NCBI GenBank assembly: GCA_040753015.1
Contig: JBFMHM010000001.1
Location: forward strand, 8,193 to 72,192
Direction of reading: 5' to 3'
DNA: 64,000 nucleotides
Source: Candidatus Omnitrophota bacterium
GTDB lineage: Bacteria > Omnitrophota > Gorgyraeia > Gygaellales > JBFMHM01
Shown: positions 1-9,618 of the stretch, one piece after another
Position numbering within the stretch: position 1 is the first letter of the stretch
Layout of the letters: each line of letters begins with the position of its first letter
Notes under the pieces: model-generated
What the model was told of the DNA's origin: nothing
Seen by the model: only the letters and a program-made list of their open reading frames with translations
Databases searched by the model: none
Translations under genes and position numbers: made by a program

Positions 1-44
1 TAGAAGCCTTAACAACGTTTACATTAAAAATAGTTAGCTTACAA

Positions 45-608
45 ATGATTATATTTGGAATAATACTTATTTCTGTGTATTTTTTCTGTCGACATTGCAT
101 AAAAAAACAACTCAAAGAAATAAAATTAGAAAGTAACTATCGGAAAGAAAAAATATTAGTTACTTTGTCATCTATAAGCGTTGCCATATTAACATTGTTT
201 TTTTTACTTAATAAACCGGATTATTATTCAGAGCACTTCTATTTTAATCGCAATGCACCTACTCAGGAAATGATTAAATTTATGGATTACAAGATTCTAA
301 AAGAATTTAATAAAAATAAAGTCGTTGATGTAATAGTTACTTATAATTCAGACATTATAACTGCTATTACGAAACGCAAATCAAATATAAACGATGATAA
401 AGACATAAAAGAAGCTATAAAAAGAAAGTTTATAGATGATTACTTTGTTCTCTCGTTAGGAAAAGATAATATAACTAAAGTTAGCCTATGTACTTACTAT
501 AGCGATTCTTTTACTGCTAAATTGACAAAAATTGGTTACAAGAAATTAAAGAAAAATAAATATATTCGATCAATAGAATTACAAGATACCAATCTTTACG
601 ACAAATAA
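45..608 (+). CDS. hypothetical membrane-anchored protein (N-terminal transmembrane segments, Lys-rich C-terminal part)
   Basis: ORF of 187 aa with a hydrophobic N-terminus (IIFGIILISVYFF, AILTLFFLL). I recognise no family motif. Confidence 0.35.
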   Translation: MIIFGIILISVYFFCRHCIKKQLKEIKLESNYRKEKILVTLSSISVAILTLFFLLNKPDYYSEHFYFNRNAPTQEMIKFMDYKILKEFNKNKVVDVIVTYNSDIITAITKRKSNINDDKDIKEAIKRKFIDDYFVLSLGKDNITKVSLCTYYSDSFTAKLTKIGYKKLKKNKYIRSIELQDTNLYDK

Positions 609-622
609 AATAATTTAAAAAT

Positions 623-2017
623 ATGTACGAGACAGTAATCGGGCTTGAAGTCCACGTGCAACTAAAAACAAATACGAAGAATTTTTGCTCTTGTTCTGCT
701 GAATTTGGTGCACCAGCAAATTCTCACTGCTGCCCAGTTTGTTTAGGCTTACCAGGAAGCTTGCCTGTCTTAAACAGCAAAGCTATACAACTTGGAATTA
801 AGGTTGGCCTTGCATTAAATTGCAAAGTTGCAAACTATATTAAATTTGATCGGAAAAATTATTTTTATCCTGACCTACCTAAAAATTATCAAATATCACA
901 ATTCGATATGCCTATTGCCGAAAACGGAAAATTAGGCGAAATTGGCGTGAAACGAGTACACCTAGAAGAAGATGCCGGAAAATTAATACATGAAGGGAAT
1001 TCAAGTTTAGTAGACTTAAATAGAGCTGGAATGCCGCTTTTAGAAATTGTAAGTGAACCAGATATTAATTCACCAGAAATTGCTTATGAATATTTAACTA
1101 ACCTAAAAGCTATATTACGATATTTAGAAGTTTCTGATTGTGATATGGAAAAAGGTACGCTTCGTTGTGACGCAAATATTTCTATAAGAAAAATTGGCGA
1201 AAAAGAACTTGGCACAAAGACTGAGATTAAAAATTTAAATTCGTTTAAAGCTGTACGCCAGGCATTAGACTACGAAGCAAAACGGCAAATTAAAGAAATT
1301 GAAACAGGCAATAGGATTGTGCAAGAGACACGGCTTTGGGATGACGCAAGAGAAATCACTGTCTCAATGCGTTCAAAAGAAGAAGCGCACGATTACAGGT
1401 ATTTTCCTGAGCCAGACCTCCCGCCATTTATTTTTGACGACAATCAAATCCAAGCAATTAAGAATAGCATACCCGAATTGCCAAAAGAGAAAAAAAATAG
1501 ATTTATTCAAGGCTTCGGACTCTCTGAAAAAGATGCTGAGGTTTTAACCAGTGATAAAAAAATAGCTGATTTTTTTGAAGAAACACTAAAAACATACAAT
1601 AAACCAAAGAATATTTGCAATTGGATTATCGGACCGCTTCTAAGCGAGCTAAACACAAGAAATTTAACAATTGAAACGCTAGGAATTACAAGTCAAGCGT
1701 TAATTGAGCTAATCGAATTTGTCGAAAGCGGAAAAATCAGCAATCTAAAAGGAAAAGAAGCGTTAACCAAAATGCTTGACACAAAAAAATCTGCAAAAGA
1801 AATTATTTCCGAGCTTGGACTCGAACAAATTTCTGATACAGGACAATTACAAACAATTGTTGAAGCAATCATAGCACAAAATGCAAAAAGCGTTTCTGAT
1901 TATAAAAATGGTAACGAAAATGCAATTATGTTTTTAGTTGGCCAGGTAATGAGGCAATCAAAAGGTAAAGCCAACCCAATTGTTGTTAAGGAATTATTAA
2001 AAAATACGCTGAATTGA
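623..2017 (+). CDS. gatB: Asp-tRNA(Asn)/Glu-tRNA(Gln) amidotransferase subunit B
   Basis: The N-terminus MYETVIGLEVHVQLKT...FCSCSAEFG is the canonical GatB start. The length of 464 aa fits GatB and a GatB/YqeY-like C-terminal tail is present. Confidence 0.93.
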   Translation: MYETVIGLEVHVQLKTNTKNFCSCSAEFGAPANSHCCPVCLGLPGSLPVLNSKAIQLGIKVGLALNCKVANYIKFDRKNYFYPDLPKNYQISQFDMPIAENGKLGEIGVKRVHLEEDAGKLIHEGNSSLVDLNRAGMPLLEIVSEPDINSPEIAYEYLTNLKAILRYLEVSDCDMEKGTLRCDANISIRKIGEKELGTKTEIKNLNSFKAVRQALDYEAKRQIKEIETGNRIVQETRLWDDAREITVSMRSKEEAHDYRYFPEPDLPPFIFDDNQIQAIKNSIPELPKEKKNRFIQGFGLSEKDAEVLTSDKKIADFFEETLKTYNKPKNICNWIIGPLLSELNTRNLTIETLGITSQALIELIEFVESGKISNLKGKEALTKMLDTKKSAKEIISELGLEQISDTGQLQTIVEAIIAQNAKSVSDYKNGNENAIMFLVGQVMRQSKGKANPIVVKELLKNTLN

Positions 2018-2022
2018 GCGTC

Positions 2023-2051
2023 TTGACAATACAACTATTTAGTTGTATAAT
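2023..2051 (+). promoter_or_regulatory. sigma70-type promoter (TTGACA-17-TATAAT) with embedded palindrome CAACTATTTAGTTG (2032-2045), putative HigA operator
   Basis: A perfect -35 (2023-2028) and -10 (2046-2051) are separated by a 17-nt spacer. The spacer contains a 6+2+6 inverted repeat. The site lies immediately upstream of the toxin-antitoxin pair. Confidence 0.5.
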
Positions 2052-2077
2052 TTAATTGAGCATAAAAGGAAAATACT

Positions 2078-2428
2078 TTGAGCAATATTAGCTGTTTTTA
2101 CTATCTGACTGAATCTGGTAGATCTCAAGTAAAAGATTTTATTGATTCGCTAGACCAAAGAACTCAAAGAAAATTTTTCTTTATAAAAGGCCTACTGGAA
2201 GAATTTGGTAGGAGCTTGCCAGAACCACACGCAAAACATATAGGCAACGAGATATTTGAATTACGGTTTAGAGGCCAAAAAGGCAACGTTAGAATAATGT
2301 ATTTCTTTTTTCATCACGACAAAGTAATATTTACTAACGGCTTTATTAAAAAAACCAATAAAGCCCCTAAAAAAGAGATAAATACGGCAATTGAACGCAA
2401 AAAGTCATTTTTAGAAAGGCATAAATAA
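2078..2428 (+). CDS. higB: type II toxin, RelE/HigB superfamily (phage Gp49-like / DUF891-type)
   Basis: The motif IMYFFFHHDKVIFTNGFIKKTNKAPKKEI is typical of Gp49-like HigB toxins. The gene is 116 aa, has a TTG start in the ORF track, and is followed by an XRE-type antitoxin. Confidence 0.7.
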   Translation: MSNISCFYYLTESGRSQVKDFIDSLDQRTQRKFFFIKGLLEEFGRSLPEPHAKHIGNEIFELRFRGQKGNVRIMYFFFHHDKVIFTNGFIKKTNKAPKKEINTAIERKKSFLERHK

Positions 2429-2439
2429 AGAGGTGCAAG

Positions 2440-2784
2440 ATGGATATAGAAAAAGTGGATGAACATCTTAAAGAAAAATTAAAGAATCCTTACTTTAAAG
2501 AACTTCATGAGCTCGAAGAACAAAAACTAGGTATTGTTAAAAGAATAATTAGCTACAGGATTAAAAACAATCTTAGCCAAAAGGAATTGGCAAGAAAAAT
2601 AAAGATTACTCAGCAACACATTTCTAAGATCGAAAATGGAGATTTTAGTAGTATAATTACTCTTGAAAAAGTTCTATTAGCCGTTGGTTACACGGTTAGG
2701 ATTAGCGCTGTACCTCTTAACCAAAAAATACGAGACAATATTGAGCACATAATAGCTCAAAATAAATTACAATTCGCTTCATAA
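2440..2784 (+). CDS. higA: HTH XRE-family antitoxin (HigA-like)
   Basis: The helix-turn-helix LSQKELARKIKITQQHISKIENGDF is XRE-type. The 114-aa gene lies downstream of and tightly linked to the RelE-like toxin gene, with 11 nt between them. Confidence 0.7.
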   Translation: MDIEKVDEHLKEKLKNPYFKELHELEEQKLGIVKRIISYRIKNNLSQKELARKIKITQQHISKIENGDFSSIITLEKVLLAVGYTVRISAVPLNQKIRDNIEHIIAQNKLQFAS

Positions 2785-2789
2785 TATAA

Positions 2790-2812
2790 TTGTCGTATCA
2801 GCGATACGACAA
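2790..2812 (+). terminator. perfect 10-bp-arm hairpin TTGTCGTATC-AGC-GATACGACAA followed by TTTAAAAA; possible terminator or operator
   Basis: An inverted repeat is seen directly in the sequence after the higA stop. The T-tract is weak, so the function is uncertain. Confidence 0.35.
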
Positions 2813-2872
2813 TTTAAAAACACAAATAGCATCGTATAACTAGCAAAAGATATTTTAACAAGAGGGGGCTGA

Positions 2873-3589
2873 GTGAAAAGACGGATAGCAATTTTTGGTT
2901 TTATACTCTTATCTATTTTTATTTGTAGAAGTTTTTGTTTTGCGGAAACAGCGTTATCATCAAATGGTAAGCCCGATGATCCAGTATTTCGTGTTGGTTC
3001 CGAAACAATCTACCAAAAAGATATTAATCCATCTGAAGTAGAGATTAAACAAGCTAAAGTTAGGTATACGCAAGAACAATTTAATAATTGGTATTGGTCG
3101 TATAGAACAGGGAAGGCATTTAGCCTAATTAATGATAAAATGATGGAATTATTCTGTCAAAACGCAAATTGCAAATTAGACGAAAAATATGTTACCGAAT
3201 GGCAGACATTTTTGGATAACTCAGTAAAAAACATGGGATTACCTCAAGATGAAAAATCTAGATCAACCCTAGAGATGATGTTCGGAGGAAAACCGTCTAA
3301 TTGGCAAAAAAACAAAGCTCTTTATGAACGTTATGGTGGTAAAATTTATTTTGGCAATCTCGGCTATTACGAGCCAGTAGAAGCACGCTTAAACTTATTT
3401 AACGAAATGGAAAGTAGTGGTAAAATAGAGTTTTACAATCAAGATATTCGTAATAGTATACTGGAGTATTTTAAACGCTCTATGTCAGGTGCTATTGAAA
3501 ACGATAGCGCATTACAAAAACAGACCGGCATGAGTAACCCTTGGGAACGCCCATACTGGAGTAGTGAAGTACAAAAACAGAGCAAATAA
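2873..3589 (+). CDS. secreted hypothetical protein (signal peptide MKRRIAIFGFILLSIFICRSFCFA)
   Basis: GTG start with an RBS-like AGAGGGGG upstream. The N-terminus is a signal peptide. I recognise no catalytic motif. Confidence 0.5.
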   Translation: MKRRIAIFGFILLSIFICRSFCFAETALSSNGKPDDPVFRVGSETIYQKDINPSEVEIKQAKVRYTQEQFNNWYWSYRTGKAFSLINDKMMELFCQNANCKLDEKYVTEWQTFLDNSVKNMGLPQDEKSRSTLEMMFGGKPSNWQKNKALYERYGGKIYFGNLGYYEPVEARLNLFNEMESSGKIEFYNQDIRNSILEYFKRSMSGAIENDSALQKQTGMSNPWERPYWSSEVQKQSK

Positions 3590-3593
3590 TACT

Positions 3594-5600
3594 ATGAATG
3601 AATTTAAAAAAGAAATAGATAAAATTAAACAAGAATTACTAAAATTGACAGCTCGCCTAAATAATTTAGAGGCAACATTTGGCGTTAAGGAACCCGAGAA
3701 ATCACCCTCAAAAACACAGCCTGAAGCTAAAATATTAGCCCCTAAAATAATCCTAGAAGAAGAAGTAGCAACTCACCCAAAAATCGACATTGAGCTAAAA
3801 TTTGGTAAATTCTGGTTAAATAAGATTGGCATTGTAATATTCGCTATGGGAATAGCTTTTCTTATTACCTATACATTCAAATATTTTGGCCCATTTATAA
3901 AGATTCTATTTGGCTATTTAATTGGCGGAGCTTTGTTTTATTTTGGAACAAAAATAGAAAAAAATGAGAAGTTTAAAAACTATGGACACGTGCTTTTAGG
4001 TGGTGGATGGGCTATCATATACTTCACTACTTATGCTATGCATCATTTTGAGGCTTCGCGCATACTAACTAGTAAATTAATTGATATATTTTTTCTTACG
4101 CTTGTAGCATTAGGGATCATTAAATATTCACTAAAATATAAATCCGAAGAACTTACATCAATAACCCTAATTATAGGATATATAACAGCCATATTAGGAA
4201 ATATTGGTTATTTCACACTCGTAAATTCTCTAATTTTAGCAATTATCGCAATAATATTAGTTTATAAATTTAAATGGACGCGAACAATATTTCTAGGAAT
4301 AATCTCGACTTATTTGTTACACGTAATATGGCTACAAGATAAAGTAAATTATTCTTTTATACTTAATGCTGGATTTTTATGTATTTATTGGCTTTTATTT
4401 ACTACGAGTATCCATTTGATTAAATCCAACGAAAAAAATATATTTAATAAATTGGCTATTGCTAACTTTATGAATTTCATTCTTTTCTTTTTTATGTTTT
4501 ATCCTAAATTCATTAAGTTTCATCCAATAAATAAGTTTGATTTTATATTTGCATTAGGCATAATTTACAGCTCCATAGCTTTAATTGTAAGAAAAACTAA
4601 TAACACTAAATTATTTTCAAGTAATATAATTATAGCTGTATCGCTTTTAACATTAGCAATACCATTAAAATTCATGCCGTTTCACGCTAGAATAATTTGG
4701 TCTATAGAATTACCTTTTCTATTGTTATGTGGCATAATATTCAATCTACCTATATTTAGATATTTAGCTTTTGCTTTAATGTTCTTTAATCTATTCGATT
4801 TCTTAAACCAAACATCTTATATTGGTTTTCTTTCATTTTTAGGCTTTGTTTCAACAGCATTATGCTACCTTGTACATAAGAATCAGAGAAACAAGCAGGC
4901 TTTAAGCTTTTCTGAAGTCAAGATAGTACAAAATTTCTACTCAGCTGTATCTATAATTTATCTGATCTTTTTAAGCTGCAAAAACCTTCCACAAGAATGG
5001 GCTACTCTTGGTTTAACTGTAGAATACCTATTTATATTTATATGCGGATACATGTTATTAGACAAATATCTACGGATATATTCACTTATACTACTTGCAA
5101 ACTTAATAATACCACTACTCGAATTCCATGAGCTCTATATGAATAACCCAAAAATTATGTTTTTTCTGTTAAATTCCAATGTACTGACAACAATTCTTGC
5201 AATCATATCCACAAGTATTATCTATTTCTTATATAAACGATTAAATAAACGCGCACTCCTAGATTCTAGAGAGCAGTGGCTGGTAAATAGTGTATTTTTT
5301 ACCGCATTACTTTTATTAATTATCTTGATTTTTCGGTTTGTCATGGATTCGTGGATATCTGTTGTTCTGGGTTTATCAGGTATAATGGCGATTTCAATCG
5401 GGCTTATCTTTAAAGATAAGCTATTTAGACTTGGCGGATTTATTATTTTTTTCATTACATTAACAAGAATTGCCTTTTTTGACTTGGCTGGATTAACCAT
5501 AATCTACAAAATTATTAGTTTTATTATACTTGGCGTAATATTTTTAGCAGTTTCTTTTATTTATACAAAATATAATATTCCAAAATTGGAGAAAAAATGA
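3594..5600 (+). CDS. polytopic integral membrane protein with N-terminal coiled-coil (DUF2339-like architecture)
   Basis: The ORF track starts this gene at 3564, overlapping the upstream gene, but an ATG at 3594 (MNEFKKEIDKIKQELLKLTARLNNLEA) is the more plausible start. More than 15 hydrophobic helices follow. Confidence 0.5.
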   Translation: MNEFKKEIDKIKQELLKLTARLNNLEATFGVKEPEKSPSKTQPEAKILAPKIILEEEVATHPKIDIELKFGKFWLNKIGIVIFAMGIAFLITYTFKYFGPFIKILFGYLIGGALFYFGTKIEKNEKFKNYGHVLLGGGWAIIYFTTYAMHHFEASRILTSKLIDIFFLTLVALGIIKYSLKYKSEELTSITLIIGYITAILGNIGYFTLVNSLILAIIAIILVYKFKWTRTIFLGIISTYLLHVIWLQDKVNYSFILNAGFLCIYWLLFTTSIHLIKSNEKNIFNKLAIANFMNFILFFFMFYPKFIKFHPINKFDFIFALGIIYSSIALIVRKTNNTKLFSSNIIIAVSLLTLAIPLKFMPFHARIIWSIELPFLLLCGIIFNLPIFRYLAFALMFFNLFDFLNQTSYIGFLSFLGFVSTALCYLVHKNQRNKQALSFSEVKIVQNFYSAVSIIYLIFLSCKNLPQEWATLGLTVEYLFIFICGYMLLDKYLRIYSLILLANLIIPLLEFHELYMNNPKIMFFLLNSNVLTTILAIISTSIIYFLYKRLNKRALLDSREQWLVNSVFFTALLLLIILIFRFVMDSWISVVLGLSGIMAISIGLIFKDKLFRLGGFIIFFITLTRIAFFDLAGLTIIYKIISFIILGVIFLAVSFIYTKYNIPKLEKK

Positions 5601-6868
5601 AAAGACGGATAGCAGTAGCGGGATTTATAATTTTATCTATTTTTATTATTTGTAATTTATGCTTTTCTGCTGACATAACAAGGCAATCAAAGGATGAATT
5701 ATATCAAAATATTGAATTATTCTCTGACGCAATTACTTTAATACAGAGTGATTATGTTGATGAAAAAGCGCCAAAAGACCTTATTTATGGCGCATTGCAA
5801 GGAATGCTTTCTTCGCTTGATCCACACAGTCAATTTCTTACGCCAGATGAATTTAAAGATCTTAAAATTGATACATCCGGAAAATTTGGCGGGCTAGGTA
5901 TTGAACTTGGAATAAAAGATGGGCTTCTGACAATAATAACTCCACTCGAGGATGCGCCTGCCTGGCGCGCCGGCGTAAAAGCAGGAGATCGAATCGTAAA
6001 AATTGATGGCCAATCAACAAGGCAACTAACACTTGATGATGCGGTAAAAAAATTGCGCGGTAAACCGGGAACAGAAGTAACAATCACGGTCTTAAGAGAA
6101 AAGGAAGACAAGTTCCTCGATATTAAAATTGTGCGCGATATTATAAAAATAAAAGATATTAAAGATGCGCAAATTTTAGAAGATAATATTGGCTATATTA
6201 GATTAATTGAATTTAGAGAAAATACGGCTAGAGATTTAAATTCAACTCTTGAGCGGCTCACAAAAGAAGGAATGAATGGCCTAATTCTAGATTTACGCAA
6301 TAACCCCGGCGGGCTACTTGACGCGGCAGTAGATGTAACTAGCGAATTTATCGAGCCGCAAAGAATAATTGTTACAACAAAAGGAAGAATTGAAAGACAG
6401 AATTTAGAACTTAAATCTAATTTTTCGAATCCTTACCTTAGTATGCCTATGGTCGTGCTTATAAATCAAGGTTCTGCTTCTGGAAGCGAAATACTTGCTG
6501 GATGCCTACAAGATTATAAACGCGCAATCATCCTAGGAGAACAAAGTTTTGGTAAAGGATCAGTTCAAACAGTCATACCGCTTCCCGATGGATCAGCGCT
6601 TAGACTTACGACTAGTAAATATTTTACTCCTCTCGGACAAACAATCCATGGCAAAGGCATCACTCCTGATATTATCGTAGAATCAACAGAAGTTGTAACT
6701 GAAAAAGAACAAGAAAATGATATAAAAGAGGAAACATTCAGAAAACTTGACAATAAATCTTCAAAAGAAGAAACTCTCAAACCAAGAGAATATAAATCTG
6801 ATTTTCAGATTAGACAGGCAATCGACCTTATAAAAGGAATCCGTATTTATAAAGAACAGGTAAAATGA
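5597..6868 (+). CDS. ctpA: carboxy-terminal processing (tail-specific) protease, S41 family
   Basis: A signal peptide is followed by a PDZ region (GGLGIELGIKDGLLTIITPLEDAPAWRAGVKAGDRIVKIDGQST). The S41 catalytic region follows (LDLRNNPGGLLDAAVDV...SASGSEILAGCLQD...GEQSFGKGSVQT). Confidence 0.9.
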   Translation: MKRRIAVAGFIILSIFIICNLCFSADITRQSKDELYQNIELFSDAITLIQSDYVDEKAPKDLIYGALQGMLSSLDPHSQFLTPDEFKDLKIDTSGKFGGLGIELGIKDGLLTIITPLEDAPAWRAGVKAGDRIVKIDGQSTRQLTLDDAVKKLRGKPGTEVTITVLREKEDKFLDIKIVRDIIKIKDIKDAQILEDNIGYIRLIEFRENTARDLNSTLERLTKEGMNGLILDLRNNPGGLLDAAVDVTSEFIEPQRIIVTTKGRIERQNLELKSNFSNPYLSMPMVVLINQGSASGSEILAGCLQDYKRAIILGEQSFGKGSVQTVIPLPDGSALRLTTSKYFTPLGQTIHGKGITPDIIVESTEVVTEKEQENDIKEETFRKLDNKSSKEETLKPREYKSDFQIRQAIDLIKGIRIYKEQVK

Positions 6869-7692
6869 AAAAAAGAAAACCTAAACATAACAATTCTTTA
6901 TTACTAACGGTAATCGTTATAATTTTAGCTATAATGGCTACAATTATAATTTTAAACAGACCTAAAAAAGTTGTTCCAATAAAAATAATAAAGAAAAAAC
7001 CAGAAATTATGCAAGTGGCACTCGGCCCAAAAATAGCTTTTGTGCTTGACGATTGGGGATACAATTTAAAAAATGAAAAATTTATAAAAGATAAAAATAT
7101 GCCTTTTACACTTGCGATTTTACCTAATTTAAAATATTCAACAACCGTTGCTAAACTTGCATATGCTCATAATAAAGAGATTGTTTTGCATCTTCCGCTC
7201 GAGCCAAAAAATAAACAAGATGGCGCCTTAGAGAATAACACTATTTTAACGACAATGGATAAGGATAAAATTCAATCTATTTTAATTAATGATTTAAAAA
7301 CCGTTCCTCATGCAAAAGGAGCTTCAAATCATCAAGGATCACGTGCAACTGAAGATGAAAAAATAATGGCATATATATTCAATATTATAAAGAAACGAAA
7401 TCTCTATTTTCTTGATAGCCGCTCTACCCAAGATTCTATCTGTCGGGAACTTTCAAAAAAGATGAAAGTAAGGTTTGCCGAACGCGCAGTATTTATAGAT
7501 AATAAAAATGAATTGGATTATATTAAATCGCAAATTAGGCAGTTAATGAGAATTGCAAAAGTAAGAAAAGCAGCTATTGGGATAGGACATGATCGCGAAT
7601 TAACTTTACAAGCAATAAAAGAAATGCTACCTGAAATTAAAAAACAAGGCATCAAATTAGTATTTGTTTCACAGATTCTTAAAAAATGGTAG
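6865..7692 (+). CDS. divergent polysaccharide deacetylase family protein (YibQ-like)
   Basis: An N-terminal transmembrane anchor is followed by IAFVLDDWGYN...MPFTLAILP...HLPLEP...GASNHQGSRAT, as in PF04748-type proteins. Confidence 0.75.
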   Translation: MKKRKPKHNNSLLLTVIVIILAIMATIIILNRPKKVVPIKIIKKKPEIMQVALGPKIAFVLDDWGYNLKNEKFIKDKNMPFTLAILPNLKYSTTVAKLAYAHNKEIVLHLPLEPKNKQDGALENNTILTTMDKDKIQSILINDLKTVPHAKGASNHQGSRATEDEKIMAYIFNIIKKRNLYFLDSRSTQDSICRELSKKMKVRFAERAVFIDNKNELDYIKSQIRQLMRIAKVRKAAIGIGHDRELTLQAIKEMLPEIKKQGIKLVFVSQILKKW

Positions 7693-8648
7693 TCTTAGGC
7701 ATAGAAACATCTTGCGATGAAACCGCAGCAAGCATAGTGAAAAATGGGAAAATCGTTCTTTCAAATAGCGTAAAATCAAGCCTTATTGAACATAAAAAAT
7801 ATGGTGGAGTGATTCCGGAAATTGCATCAAGAATGCATGTAGAAGTTATTGATTACGTGATAAAAGACGCATTAAATATGGCTGGTACAAAATTAGAAGA
7901 TGTTGATTTAATCGCAACGACTTTTGAACCAGGGTTGCCAGGATCGTTGTTAATCGGAACATCATTTGCAAAAGCAATGAGTTTTGCCCTAAATTTAAAA
8001 CTTATTAAGGTAAATCATGTTCATGCGCATCTGTACGCAGCATTTTTAGAAAAACCCAGGCCTAAATTGCCTTCAATAGGGCTTGTAATATCAGGAGGCC
8101 ATTCAAGTATTTTTAAGATTAGCCCTAGTTTTAAATTTCAACTACTTGCTTCAACACAAGACGATGCTATCGGGGAAGCGTTTGATAAAGTGGCAAAAAT
8201 ACTCGGCCTAAGTTATCCCGGTGGGCCGATGATAGAAAAACTTGCAAAATTAGGCGATGAAAATCGCTTTAAATTTATTACATCGAAAAATAGCAATAAA
8301 GATTTTAGCTTCAGCGGAATAAAAACTGCTGTGCTTTATAAAGTAAATGAATTGAAACATAATAAGGTTAATAAAAAATGGCTATGCGATATCGCTGCGT
8401 CTTTCCAAAGAGAAGCTGTTAACATTATCGTAGAAAAAACTATTTTTAATTGCTTATCTAGAAAAATTAACCGTTTAGTTGTTGGCGGCGGCGTAGCAAG
8501 TAATACCTACTTAAGAACAAAATTAAAAGAAAAGGCTGATATGCATAAAATTAAATTACATATCCCTGATAAAAAACTATGCTTAGACAACGCTGCCATG
8601 GTTGCAGGATTAGGTTATCACATATATAAGGAGAGGATAAATAAATGA
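7686..8648 (+). CDS. tsaD: tRNA N6-adenosine threonylcarbamoyltransferase
   Basis: The N-terminus LGIETSCDETAASIV is the Kae1/TsaD signature and metal-binding His residues are present. The gene is 320 aa. Confidence 0.93.
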   Translation: MVVLGIETSCDETAASIVKNGKIVLSNSVKSSLIEHKKYGGVIPEIASRMHVEVIDYVIKDALNMAGTKLEDVDLIATTFEPGLPGSLLIGTSFAKAMSFALNLKLIKVNHVHAHLYAAFLEKPRPKLPSIGLVISGGHSSIFKISPSFKFQLLASTQDDAIGEAFDKVAKILGLSYPGGPMIEKLAKLGDENRFKFITSKNSNKDFSFSGIKTAVLYKVNELKHNKVNKKWLCDIAASFQREAVNIIVEKTIFNCLSRKINRLVVGGGVASNTYLRTKLKEKADMHKIKLHIPDKKLCLDNAAMVAGLGYHIYKERINK

Positions 8649-9070
8649 TGCTGACAGATCAACAAATAATAGTTAGATTAATTGTATCGGTAATACTCAG
8701 CGGGCTAATAGGTTTTGAACGTGAACTCCATAAAAGAACTGCTGGTTTAAGAACACATATGCTGGTATGCGTAGGATCAACACTGATTATGTTGACATCC
8801 CTTTATGTTTTTGATATATATAATGCTACGGTTCCACTAGATCCAACAAGGATTGCCGCAGGCGTTGTTACTGGTATTGGTTTTCTAGGAGCAGGAGCAA
8901 TTTTACGCTCTCGTGAAGGAGCCGTGCAAGGATTAACCACAGCTGCAAGTATATGGGTAGTATCAGGCCTTGGCCTTGCAATAGGATGCGGATTTTATAC
9001 TGCAAGCTTCACTACCTGTGTATTAGTTCTATTTATTTTACATATTTTAAGATACCTAGAGCCTAAATAA
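8645..9070 (+). CDS. MgtC/SapB family membrane protein
   Basis: The motif LIGFERELHKRTAGLRTHMLVCVGSTL is typical of the MgtC N-terminal domain. The gene is 141 aa. Confidence 0.8.
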   Translation: MMLTDQQIIVRLIVSVILSGLIGFERELHKRTAGLRTHMLVCVGSTLIMLTSLYVFDIYNATVPLDPTRIAAGVVTGIGFLGAGAILRSREGAVQGLTTAASIWVVSGLGLAIGCGFYTASFTTCVLVLFILHILRYLEPK

Positions 9071-9081
9071 AGGAGGGTAAA

Positions 9082-9597
9082 ATGGCATTAACCGATATTA
9101 TAAAAAGAAGAAAGGTTGCTGTAGAAAAAATTTTAGATGTTGATGCCAGCATGCAAGGATTACTCTCATTTAAAGACCCAGTAAATTTAAAAATTAACGG
9201 CAAATTCGAAGGAACGCTCGAGACAAAAGGAAATTTGACAATCAGCCAAGGCGCGGAAGTAAAAGCTGATATAAGCGGAGAAAATATCAGTATTGCCGGG
9301 AAAGTAACCGGAAAAATTATTGCGAAAGGTAAATTATTTTTAGCCCGCACCGCTACTGTATCCGGAGATATAAACCCAATAAAATTAGAAATTGAAGAAG
9401 GAGCAATTTTAGAAGGGAATTGTAAGATGTTAAACGAATTATTTAACGCTGATGAACTATCCAGATATCTTGAAATTGAAAAAGATTCTGTCTTGGAATG
9501 GGCAAGGTCTGGAAAAATTCCTGCCATAAAAGATGGCCCAGATTGGAAATTTGAAAGAAGAATAATCGATGACTGGGTCGCCAACGAAAGAACATAG
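9082..9597 (+). CDS. bactofilin-domain protein fused to a C-terminal excisionase-family HTH (HTH_17)
   Basis: The central beta-helical region has the bactofilin (DUF583) pattern: KINGKFEGTLETKGNLTISQGAEVKADISGENISIAGKVTGKIIAKGKL. The C-terminus is LSRYLEIEKDSVLEWARSGKIPAIKDGPDWKFERRIIDDWV. Confidence 0.65.
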   Translation: MALTDIIKRRKVAVEKILDVDASMQGLLSFKDPVNLKINGKFEGTLETKGNLTISQGAEVKADISGENISIAGKVTGKIIAKGKLFLARTATVSGDINPIKLEIEEGAILEGNCKMLNELFNADELSRYLEIEKDSVLEWARSGKIPAIKDGPDWKFERRIIDDWVANERT

Positions 9598-9618
9598 TTT
9601 ATTACTTAAAAAATATTT

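Noticed and set aside
1299-1547. 82-aa + strand ORF in alternate frame inside gatB
   Set aside because: It overlaps the gatB reading frame, which has unambiguous homology, and has no motif of its own.
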